IMG/VR virus record: IMGVR_UViG_3300042398_001110
Coordinates: 1-53,865 of that record
Origin: a virus
Lineage: Duplodnaviria > Caudoviricetes
Direction: 5' to 3' (one strand)
DNA length: 53,865 bases
The translations under genes and the position numbers were made by a program. Positions 20,401 to 28,292 of this stretch are shown here, in pieces (the stretch's first letter is position 1; every line of letters begins with the position of its first letter). The notes beneath the pieces are model-generated. The model did not search any database, had not been told where the DNA came from, and saw only the letters and a list, made by a program, of their open reading frames with translations.

Positions 20401-23400
20401 GAATTACGAGAGCTATCAACGGTATTAGCAAGACTAGCTTTTAACTCAGGATTTTTATCACCTGTTGACTTAGAGGAGTTTTGACTTGTAAACTTATTTC
20501 TTATATTACTTATTGCATCAATCCCAGAGCTTGATATTGTTTGAGTAAATTGATTCCCAACTTTTGACATGCTTGATACTATTTTTTTAGCCGTTGATTC
20601 TGCAATTCTTTCTATTTTTTGTGGATCAAAATTTCGATTCATCAAACTAAGACTCAATAAAATATTTTCTTTAACTGTTCCAATCTTGAAACTTAATTTT
20701 TTACCAAAATCATCAACAGATTTAGATATTAAACTAGAAAATCTAACCACATCAAAACCTTTATTATTTTGTGGCGCTGCAAAATTTGGAACATATCCTT
20801 TATTCATCAATCCAGCATCTTTCTGCCCTCTCATAGAATCACTCAAAGCGTTTCCTAAACCACCATGATCGGCAATTGCGGAACTAAATGTTGGCTGACT
20901 CTTGTTTCTAATGTGCGGGAAAGGCTTAGTATCGAATACGGCTTTTTCTCCGCTCATGCTTTCTTCTAAGCCCATTACTGCTTGTTTATACGCAAAGTTA
21001 GGAATAAACCCTGAAGCATGAGAATTAACTAATTCAATCAATGCCATATCTAATTTTGCGGCATTGTATTTGTGACCAGCTATTCCGTTTTCAAAATCAG
21101 ACATTGCAATCTCCTTGCCATTGATTAAAAGCTTAGAACTCTTAGCCATTTTTGCCCAAGATAATTGAGGAAAAATAGCTTTTGCAGGAATAGATTTGCC
21201 GCTCGCGTAATCTGCCAAAGCTTGTTCTTGTGGTAATAATACAGATTTAATAGTACTACCGGAACCAATTTTTTCAGCAATGCTTCCGTATAATTGAGAG
21301 CCTAATCCTTGACCTCTAAATTTTTTACCGACTTCAACGCCTTCGATTTCATAATTATTTTTGCCAGTTTTTATGGCTGATATATTTCCTTTTCCTTTTA
21401 TAAAAGAAGATATCATTGAAGCAAAATTAGGAATAAAACCTCCAGAAGCTTCTGCTCTATAAAAACTAGGATTATTAACATATGAAGTTAATAATTCATT
21501 TGTTTTTTGTGAAAGTACTTTAAGTAATTCAGGACTATTTTTAGCAATCTCATCATAATTTGTTGCTGCTAAAGGTAAAAACTCTTTACCTAAAGCGCTC
21601 ATATATTGTAAATGCTGTGGATTTCCAGGTTCGTTAAAAACACCCAATAACTCTCTTAATCTAGCAGCAGCTTTTGGATTTTTTGTAGTAAAATTATTAT
21701 ATTTTTTAGTAATAATTCCTGTTGCACTGCCTCCAGTTTGTGAATCTTTAGGACCACCTTTAATTTCTATACCAACTAAATCAAGTAAATCTGTAGGATT
21801 AGTATTAACTAATTCCATGAAAGAATCGAAAGATGATTCGCCTTGTATAGTATCTGGTTCAAGAGATTGACCTAAAATTAAAGATTTTATTTTAGATTTA
21901 TTAGCTTGTAAACCTATAGAAGAACGAACAAATTTCTCATATATTGGACCAAAAACATTTCCGTCACCAGCTTTTTTATTATAATCTGTTTTATTAGTTC
22001 TGAATTGTGTGGATCTAAAAGTATCTGCTGCACCTGCCCCTGCAATATTTAATGTTGGCTGTTTTGCGTCGAATGATGGATTAGCGTATTTTTTAAACCA
22101 AGGTATTCTCAACATGCTTATAGGAGGAGCAAAGTTTGGAATAAAACCGTTTGATGAAATACCTAAACTAGCCAATCTTGTTTCTTTTGTGCCAGGTTTT
22201 GCTGAATAAACTTGATTTCTTTTTTGTATGCCCCAAATGCTAGATATATATTCTGGCATACCTGGAGTTTCATCAGAAGCCGTCATTAATCCAAGTAAAC
22301 TTGGATCAATTATTTTTTGTTGTATTTTTTGACGCAATAATTCACCAAACTGAGTTAATCTAGACTCTTTAACATCTTTTAATCTAGCTTCTTTATTCAA
22401 AAACATTTTTTGCAAAACGCCTTTTTTCTGTTCTGGAGCCACTCTACCATAAGCTGAATCACCAGTAGTTCTTACTAATGTTCTATCAAAATCCAAATAC
22501 GTCATTTGACGTTTTTGTTGTCTATCTAATATATTTTGTATTGCTTTGTCTGGAATTGGAAGAGATGCAATTCCTTTTGGAAAGTCATGTTTATTGCGAG
22601 CATTATCATCTATTAGCGGGGAAAAATTAGGTATAAATCCACCATATGATGTTGTTCTTCCTATTGTTTGATAAATTGGTAATGTCCCAAAATCTACATC
22701 ATTTTGTTTATCCCAAGTATTTGCATCCATTTTAGAAACATTAATTCTAATCGATTTCGCAATTAAATCGTTTATTCTTGCAGCGGTATTTTTCGCTTCA
22801 ATGCCTTTATACATTGTTGAACCTAAAATTTTAGGAACTAAATCTGCTGGATCAGTATTACCAGGGCTTATTTGATATGCACCAGATACATTTTCATGTT
22901 TTAACACTAATTGTTCATAAAAATCTCCAATAAAATTGCTATAATCTCCATTTAAAGACTTTTTAAATTCTTCGGATGTTTTATAAAGTTTTTTATTTCT
23001 AATAGATTTGTATTTTGTATTACTAGCTGCAACAGATTCATCTTCAGACGCCCTTTTTTTGAATTTAAAATCTTCACCTGTTAATCCTAATTTTTGAGAA
23101 GTTCTCAGATAAGCTGCTTCAACAGAAGCTTCATCCATGCCTAATTTAGTTATATTTAGATCAGTTGTCCATTTCGTATCACCAGAAATTAAACCATCCC
23201 AAGCAATTTTAGTAGCTTCATCGACTTTATTTTTTTCTAAATATTTTATTACTTTTAAATTTCCTGAGAGTTTATCATAAATTTTATTACGTTCGCCATG
23301 ATAATGAATTATCCTATTAGTTTTTGGATCTGTGACGTTATCATTGTAATAACCAGAATCTACTAAATTTCTTTTTAAATCTAAATCTTCATCAGCCTTC

Positions 23401-25406
23401 AAATTGATTGGATTATAATCAGTTAGCCTTACAGTATAACTCTCTCTTGTTTTATTGGGTTTTTTCCCTTTAATAACTTCACCTTTATCATCTATAAATT
23501 GTTTGTTAGCAAAATTAGGAATAAATCCATCATTCATGTACGGATCAACACCTGTTCTACTTATAGCATTTTGTCTATGTGCGCGGCCAGCTTTTGATCC
23601 AGCAGGAGGATTAATAAAAGGTTGAGCAAAACCGGGGACGTATTTAACATCTTCCGCAGTATTCATTACTCCACCAACAGGAGATTTGACTACTTTACCG
23701 GGAGCATAACCACCAGCTTGTGCGCCAACTGCTTCAGCCATTCTTGTTGCATTAGGAATATAACCTCCTGCGCGAGTGACCTGCAAACCACCAGATCCTT
23801 TTACTCGCACACCTTGACCGGCTAATTGAGTGGCTAATTGTTTTGCAAGAGTTGACTGTATTTGATATTCTGCTGTTTGTTGTCTAGCTAATTGAAGCAG
23901 CAACTGAGCTTGTGCAGCTTGATTGCCCATAGAGCCAGCAAGAGCTTGCGATACCGGCCCTTGTTGCTGCATGATTTGCAAAATAGATTGTTCAATGTTT
24001 TTTCTATTTTGAGTTTCTGTCGTGATACCAGCAATCTGAGGCAAAGCCTGAGCGAGATAAGTGAAAGAGTTTTGTATTAACTTGAAAAGCGTAAAGAAAG
24101 CGGCAATAGCACCGGGACCAGCTATTATATTACGAATACCTTTTAATAAACCATTAGCGAAAGTAGAACCAACTCCTTCTCCTTCAAGAATTTCGTTCAT
24201 GCTTTCGACAAGTGATTTCAATTGTTCTGTACCATATCTAGCCAATGGTTCAAACGTTACTTTACCAATGTTATTTGCTAGTTGTTGTGTAGAAGTAGCT
24301 GTTTGCTTTAATAAAGCGTCAAGAGTTTGATTTAGTTTTGCAGTAGCTACTTCAGCCTCATTTGTTGCTGATGCGCCTCTTTGTAAAGCTCCAGCATACA
24401 CGCCTTGAGATTTATTTAAATCGCCAACAATAGCTTTAAGAATGTTAACCTGATAAACACCCGCGACTTGTTCAGATAACTGCGCTCTTTGAGCGTCTCC
24501 TAAATTTTTATAAGCACCTGCAAAATTTTGTAGAACAGTAACTGCTGGTAAAGTGTTTCCTTGTACATCTCTTACAGCTATATTGAAAGCTTCTAATTGG
24601 TCAAGAGTTTCTGTACGTTGTAAACGAGTAAAAATTGTTTTTAATGCGTTACCAATAACTGCGCCGCCTCTTGCTGTGCTTTGTTGAGCGGCTGTAACCA
24701 ATGCATTTAATTGATCCAAGCTAACTCCCGCTTCTTGCGCCGCTTGACCTGTACGAGATAACGCTTCAGCTAAGTCTCCTGCGCCAACTGCGAAATCTTG
24801 TTCGACAGCTACAAGTTTATTTAATATTTGAGTTGTTGTTACTCCAGTTGCGGCAAAACCGTTTATAGTAGAAGTCAAAGCATCAACAGAATTTGCAGTG
24901 CTAATTCCAGCGACTCTTGCTAAAGTTAATGCGTCTTTTGTTCTTATTAAAACTTCTTCAGCTTTTAAACCTTGACGAGAGAATTCAAGAGCAGCTTTAG
25001 ACGCGTCATCAAATGTAGAAGCCGTTTGTTTACCAACGCTAAATAAATCTGTACTAAATTTTTGTAATTGACCAGTAGTTAATCCGAATACACGATTAAT
25101 ATCAGCAAGATTCTTTTCGACATCGATAGTAACATTAGCTAGTTCTTTAAAACTACGAATGACACCACCAAGAACAGCGGTTGAAGCTCCGAATGCAATA
25201 ACGCGAGCATTAGAAGCGGCAAGAGCCGCCTCAAAATCCTTAACATCACCAGTCATTCTTCCGAGCGGCTGAGAGAAAGCTCGTTGATTAACGCTTAAAT
25301 TAACCTGATTGTTCTGAGCGAATTTTTGATTGTACGCTTGAACACCAGCTTGAATAGAAGCTGTTAATGCTGCTTGATTGGCGGCGACATTGATTTGAAC
25401 GGCCAT
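17406..25406 (-). CDS. Tape measure protein (TP901-like N-terminus) with an internal array of enzyme-like cargo cassettes
   Basis: EKNLADINRVFG...AALEFSRQG...IGNALKTIFTRL TMP core; hydrophobic Gly/Ala stretches; C-terminal GTGTGDKYPAMLENGEYVL motif; follows two chaperone-like genes. Confidence 0.95.
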   Translation of the reverse strand: MAVQINVAANQAALTASIQAGVQAYNQKFAQNNQVNLSVNQRAFSQPLGRMTGDVKDFEAALAASNARVIAFGASTAVLGGVIRSFKELANVTIDVEKNLADINRVFGLTTGQLQKFSTDLFSVGKQTASTFDDASKAALEFSRQGLKAEEVLIRTKDALTLARVAGISTANSVDALTSTINGFAATGVTTTQILNKLVAVEQDFAVGAGDLAEALSRTGQAAQEAGVSLDQLNALVTAAQQSTARGGAVIGNALKTIFTRLQRTETLDQLEAFNIAVRDVQGNTLPAVTVLQNFAGAYKNLGDAQRAQLSEQVAGVYQVNILKAIVGDLNKSQGVYAGALQRGASATNEAEVATAKLNQTLDALLKQTATSTQQLANNIGKVTFEPLARYGTEQLKSLVESMNEILEGEGVGSTFANGLLKGIRNIIAGPGAIAAFFTLFKLIQNSFTYLAQALPQIAGITTETQNRKNIEQSILQIMQQQGPVSQALAGSMGNQAAQAQLLLQLARQQTAEYQIQSTLAKQLATQLAGQGVRVKGSGGLQVTRAGGYIPNATRMAEAVGAQAGGYAPGKVVKSPVGGVMNTAEDVKYVPGFAQPFINPPAGSKAGRAHRQNAISRTGVDPYMNDGFIPNFANKQFIDDKGEVIKGKKPNKTRESYTVRLTDYNPINLKADEDLDLKRNLVDSGYYNDNVTDPKTNRIIHYHGERNKIYDKLSGNLKVIKYLEKNKVDEATKIAWDGLISGDTKWTTDLNITKLGMDEASVEAAYLRTSQKLGLTGEDFKFKKRASEDESVAASNTKYKSIRNKKLYKTSEEFKKSLNGDYSNFIGDFYEQLVLKHENVSGAYQISPGNTDPADLVPKILGSTMYKGIEAKNTAARINDLIAKSIRINVSKMDANTWDKQNDVDFGTLPIYQTIGRTTSYGGFIPNFSPLIDDNARNKHDFPKGIASLPIPDKAIQNILDRQQKRQMTYLDFDRTLVRTTGDSAYGRVAPEQKKGVLQKMFLNKEARLKDVKESRLTQFGELLRQKIQQKIIDPSLLGLMTASDETPGMPEYISSIWGIQKRNQVYSAKPGTKETRLASLGISSNGFIPNFAPPISMLRIPWFKKYANPSFDAKQPTLNIAGAGAADTFRSTQFRTNKTDYNKKAGDGNVFGPIYEKFVRSSIGLQANKSKIKSLILGQSLEPDTIQGESSFDSFMELVNTNPTDLLDLVGIEIKGGPKDSQTGGSATGIITKKYNNFTTKNPKAAARLRELLGVFNEPGNPQHLQYMSALGKEFLPLAATNYDEIAKNSPELLKVLSQKTNELLTSYVNNPSFYRAEASGGFIPNFASMISSFIKGKGNISAIKTGKNNYEIEGVEVGKKFRGQGLGSQLYGSIAEKIGSGSTIKSVLLPQEQALADYASGKSIPAKAIFPQLSWAKMAKSSKLLINGKEIAMSDFENGIAGHKYNAAKLDMALIELVNSHASGFIPNFAYKQAVMGLEESMSGEKAVFDTKPFPHIRNKSQPTFSSAIADHGGLGNALSDSMRGQKDAGLMNKGYVPNFAAPQNNKGFDVVRFSSLISKSVDDFGKKLSFKIGTVKENILLSLSLMNRNFDPQKIERIAESTAKKIVSSMSKVGNQFTQTISSSGIDAISNIRNKFTSQNSSKSTGDKNPELKASLANTVDSSRNSKFSRFSRGLSRAGTAISVAGPTIAGLVEQSVFGDKKRSEMSSNERMAQSFSSTGLSAVTTGVGIGAQAAGLPGALIGGAVGGLIALKSALDSASLSVEELKERQEEQKNKIIENISSAERYLVIQEEISKSTSPKDIKKNLVSLRAELSSIKDADFANKIKLAGTDINSLSAVVQEYSLKQKEATSVLNDAILVQKKYSFETLKSAGLLKIKEEGGTGQVAKFMKFASGGVNSMMQFLGIGGVKEKELSKIDLANKKTRETIYKENPNFFKSMSKVDRNAIVEISRVYSSELESSFGLGQFRTGDLTELLKQGGLQGTELESIVATLKEAATSGSLLGTALADGFVVAVSKFDEYQTSQDKQIQGLTDAAEAVANLNQQLKDFVNDLDYSFKDLSRQDEFQKNLRGVRRPNTMMIDESLYGKRSSLQTQYDFDIQDAESEKRTKELGISKTLLTTNIQDYYNLSDAQKTAYLALSKSFDLSKPEENLKKTENFIKDQFGTLDMQKATDKQKDYLQKISNIRKDIALTEKESADDLNIAAEKFKEALMAMELSRDFVFQFKAGFRDLATEGEMLIGTIGRQLPKMFADGLVDGIKAAIKESDNLGQALTGIASKFLDEISTMMMRSGIYQIMGSFAPSLAQGFGSASAIPVPSQKGGIIRAQSGMYISGTGTGDKYPAMLENGEYVLNRRAVMAMGGPAALDTLNFSAAPRFASGGAFSKEFNDISSMENNMTQMGLENDPYYNELNDAAKQKAAEDRAKKLADKQQKAAMIGSLVAAAATIAIGAGISNVAQNMQATKTQALSGKLTSGAELTKAESMSIRPLMNKGLLSPTGQYIGGTPNTGFKSIFSGPLQSGQLPFYQRGSMNPFAPKKAGKQTGGLIGSRLSDTIPGYMEGGLYDSPMVKRYGTGMQSGGSSISSAGNSNSTVNNNTSANNSFNFNTSVQRDGSLKMGSNTTSYEQQDVELSKNLNNKIYAAVGEVIRKEKQFGGSLAGARNS
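20778..23768 (-). repeat. Seven dispersed copies of the peptide motif G(F/Y)(I/V)PN(F) within the TMP
   Basis: Copies at about 23748-23768, 23508-23531, 22620-22643, 22128-22151, 21420-21449, 20991-21017 and 20778-20801. Confidence 0.95.
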
Positions 25407-25415
25407 ATTCTTTAT

Positions 25416-25421
25416 TTACAC
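25416..25421 (-). promoter_or_regulatory. GTGTAA motif 9 nt upstream of the TMP start
   Basis: TTTAACGTGTAAATAAAGAATATG. Confidence 0.62.
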
Positions 25422-25434
25422 GTTAAATTATTAA

Positions 25435-26430
25435 TTATCCGAATATTTTCATCATGTCGTCCATGCTCAATGATCCGCCTTTCTTTTTAGCTTCATCTGC
25501 TAAAGATAAAGTCTTTTGACCTTTAGCCTTCAATCCTATATATTCAAGATCTTCTGATGTTGCACCAACTATTGAACTAGCTTGATTTTCTTTGTTGTTC
25601 TTTTTTTCAATTGTTTTTTTGGCGTTTTCATTGGCGTTCACATAATCAATGATTTTATCAGGATCGTCTTTAATATCTTGAGGCATTTTATCATTTTGCT
25701 GAAAAACATTCTTAAAAAATCGAGCATAAATAAGTAATTTTACTTGATTGTAAGTCAGTTCGCATACACATTTACCAAAGAATTCAGTAGGATTTTCAGC
25801 AAATGGCATATACAAATTGAAAAAATCTTGCAAAATTAGATATTGAATTGTGTTGTCGTTTATGTTCTTATATACTTCTGAGTATTGTTTTATGATGCAA
25901 GTGAGAGTTTCCGAATCAATATTATCGAACTCATCTTCTTCAAAAGCCTCTTCACTTAACTTTTTATCTTTATATAAACATTTCAATATATAATAATCAT
26001 TAACTCTTTCTTCGGCATAACTTTCGGCGGTTCTTTGAAAGAAAGATGCTCTTGTATTTTTTAAATCGTTTAAACGTTTTTGCGCCGATTCAATATCATT
26101 ATTAACTCTTGTTATTTCTGATTTTAGATATAATGATTTTTTTTCTTTATTGAAGTTCTCTATTAAATCTTGTTCTTGTGTTATTAAAGATTCTTGTTTT
26201 TTTGACCATTGTTTTTCCTCAACCAATCGTTCTAGTGTTTCACTATTTGTAGGAACGCCGCGTTTTTTAGCTTGATCAAAATAGACATCATAAATTTGAT
26301 CAATATCGACTTGATCTTCCAAAGACAAATGCTTTAAATAAAAAAGATTCTCTAAAACTTTAATCTCAGAGAATCCATTTTTTATATCCCTAAAAGCTTT
26401 TTTGTATTTACTCTGTTGGGACTGTTCCAT
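25435..26430 (-). CDS. Probable tail assembly chaperone (gpT-like position)
   Basis: Charged helical protein directly upstream of the TMP; positional inference only. Confidence 0.5.
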   Translation of the reverse strand: MEQSQQSKYKKAFRDIKNGFSEIKVLENLFYLKHLSLEDQVDIDQIYDVYFDQAKKRGVPTNSETLERLVEEKQWSKKQESLITQEQDLIENFNKEKKSLYLKSEITRVNNDIESAQKRLNDLKNTRASFFQRTAESYAEERVNDYYILKCLYKDKKLSEEAFEEDEFDNIDSETLTCIIKQYSEVYKNINDNTIQYLILQDFFNLYMPFAENPTEFFGKCVCELTYNQVKLLIYARFFKNVFQQNDKMPQDIKDDPDKIIDYVNANENAKKTIEKKNNKENQASSIVGATSEDLEYIGLKAKGQKTLSLADEAKKKGGSLSMDDMMKIFG

Positions 26431-27187
26431 CTATTTCTCCAATGATTCTATCGAATTCTTCTTTTTCTGTATTGCTGGTAAAGAACCAATAGCTAATAAC
26501 ACTAGCTAGTTTACTATAGCATTTTTCATAAATTTCATTCTTGTTCTCTTCATAATCGAACATTACAGATTCTTTAATTTCAAATGTCTTGCCGGGAAAC
26601 AACCATTCATATTCAGGACTCTTTTTACTATTATCCTTAAATTGAGTAAGGCTAAGTACATACCAAAGAATAGCTCTATTTTGAGCTTTAATATCAGCAG
26701 TATGATTAAACAAAGTCATATAACTCGTTTCTTTTTCAATAAGAGTCTTACGACGTTGAAGAATTTCAGAAGTTACTTTTTCAATCTTTAGCTTATAATC
26801 TTCATCGCGTTCCGATTCTGGCTTTAGATTAAGAATAGTTAGCCTGCTTTGTAGATCTCCAATTTCTCCAGCGGCAGAAACCATGATTTTCGCATCATTG
26901 TCGCTGATTAAACCACCAGTGTCGCTATATTTATTTAGCAACATGGCCTTTGTTAAAATTCCATTTCGGATACATCGGCTCATTTCAATACTGAATTCCA
27001 TATCAGCTTCTTGCATTTGTTTTCTATTCGGTTGAAGAATATGAATTTCTATTGGAATTTGTTTCTTAACTTTTTCCTTGTAAGTACGAACGACCTGTTC
27101 GCCTTGTTCATTTGTAACCGTTTCAGTCTTATCCTCTTCGACTTCGGCTGTTTTAAAAATGTTGAAACTATACAGTGACTTTGACAT
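26408..27187 (-). CDS. Probable tail assembly chaperone (gpG-like position)
   Basis: Acidic/helical protein overlapping the next gene by 23 nt; positional inference only. Confidence 0.5.
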   Translation of the reverse strand: MSKSLYSFNIFKTAEVEEDKTETVTNEQGEQVVRTYKEKVKKQIPIEIHILQPNRKQMQEADMEFSIEMSRCIRNGILTKAMLLNKYSDTGGLISDNDAKIMVSAAGEIGDLQSRLTILNLKPESERDEDYKLKIEKVTSEILQRRKTLIEKETSYMTLFNHTADIKAQNRAILWYVLSLTQFKDNSKKSPEYEWLFPGKTFEIKESVMFDYEENKNEIYEKCYSKLASVISYWFFTSNTEKEEFDRIIGEIDGTVPTE

Positions 27188-27228
27188 AATTTATTTATAT
27201 TAATATATATTCTATAGTTTTTCAACCA

Positions 27229-27234
27229 GTGTAA
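27229..27234 (+). promoter_or_regulatory. GTGTAA motif 8 nt upstream of ATG 27243
   Basis: GTGTAAAGGTATATATG in the divergent intergenic region. Confidence 0.62.
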
Positions 27235-27242
27235 AGGTATAT

Positions 27243-27698
27243 ATGGCTACGAATCTTATATCTGCTTCAGAAAGAACCGCGCTTAATGCGGTTATTGATG
27301 ATGTTCATGAGACTTTTGCTCGCGAAATCACTGTTTTTAAAGAAGCCTCACAGATTGTAATTATTACTGACCCTAACTTTAATCCATTATATAATACTGC
27401 TGGTCAAACCACTTCATATGTAAATACACCAGTTTATAAGACATTTAAAGTAAGAATATTTTATAACGACGACATTAGTAAAAAATACTGGAACGAATCA
27501 GGACTAGCTTCTCAAATTAAATTAGAAGTCGTTGTTGGATCTGTAAGAATAAAGATGCGAGCAGAAGATTATAATTATATTAAAGATGCCCGCCGTTTTG
27601 ATCTTGATGGAAAACGATTTGTATTGAATTCTTCATTTAGACCTCATGGTTTATTTGACAATCAATATTATACTCTTTATCTCAAACCTGACGCATAA
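27243..27698 (+). CDS. Putative head-tail joining/closure protein
   Basis: 151 aa beta-rich protein with RFDLDGKRF...YTLYL end; first gene of the operon leading to the tube gene. Confidence 0.5.
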   Translation: MATNLISASERTALNAVIDDVHETFAREITVFKEASQIVIITDPNFNPLYNTAGQTTSYVNTPVYKTFKVRIFYNDDISKKYWNESGLASQIKLEVVVGSVRIKMRAEDYNYIKDARRFDLDGKRFVLNSSFRPHGLFDNQYYTLYLKPDA

Positions 27699-27701
27699 AA
27701 T

Positions 27702-28292
27702 ATGGACCCAGATTACAGAAAAATAATGCAAGATTTGCAAGCCGACAAAGAGTATCAAAAAGAAGTTCATAGAATAGTTGAAAAAGAATTCAATAAAATA
27801 AAAAATCAATATTTACAAGAATTTCTTAACCATCCTATCACTCAAGAAATAAAAGGAGGTATAGACGCAACAAATACATCAGGAACTCTTGCCGGTATAA
27901 CTAATTTATATTCTTTTATTGGGTTCGATGAAGGATCTGACCCCATAAAACCCATTGAAGATTTATTAGAAAAATCTAATTACAGAATTGTTTTTAATAA
28001 CAAAGCTTTAGATAGTACAATTATTTTTGATATACCTACCGCTGTGCAAATATTTGAAATAACGCCTATGCCTTGGGCAGTTGGCAGAAGTTGGGCGAGA
28101 GGAATCGAAACTGGAATATCGGGTCTTGGATATTATTTAAAAAAAATAAAAAACAGTCGATCTGGATTCGGTATTCAATCATCAACCAATCAAGTTAGAC
28201 CGGGAACTGTTTTTAAAAATACAAAATACATATCTGATTTAATAAACAAATTCTCTAAAGATTTAAAAAGTTTAAATAAAATTACAGCATGA
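27702..28292 (+). CDS. Putative neck/tail completion protein
   Basis: NLYSFIGF and PMPWAVGRSWARGIETGISG motifs; position between closure-like and terminator-like genes. Confidence 0.45.
   Translation: MDPDYRKIMQDLQADKEYQKEVHRIVEKEFNKIKNQYLQEFLNHPITQEIKGGIDATNTSGTLAGITNLYSFIGFDEGSDPIKPIEDLLEKSNYRIVFNNKALDSTIIFDIPTAVQIFEITPMPWAVGRSWARGIETGISGLGYYLKKIKNSRSGFGIQSSTNQVRPGTVFKNTKYISDLINKFSKDLKSLNKITA

Noticed and set aside
20778-23768. Inteins or homing endonucleases as the explanation for the TMP inserts
   Set aside because: No C/S...HN-C/S/T splice junctions and no LAGLIDADG or HNH motifs. The boundaries are the GFIPNF motif.
26408-26430. Programmed G/GT-type frameshift between the chaperone genes
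   Set aside because: The downstream gene has its own ATG in the +1 frame, and I see no XXXYYYZ slippery site in the overlap. Not excluded, but unsupported.
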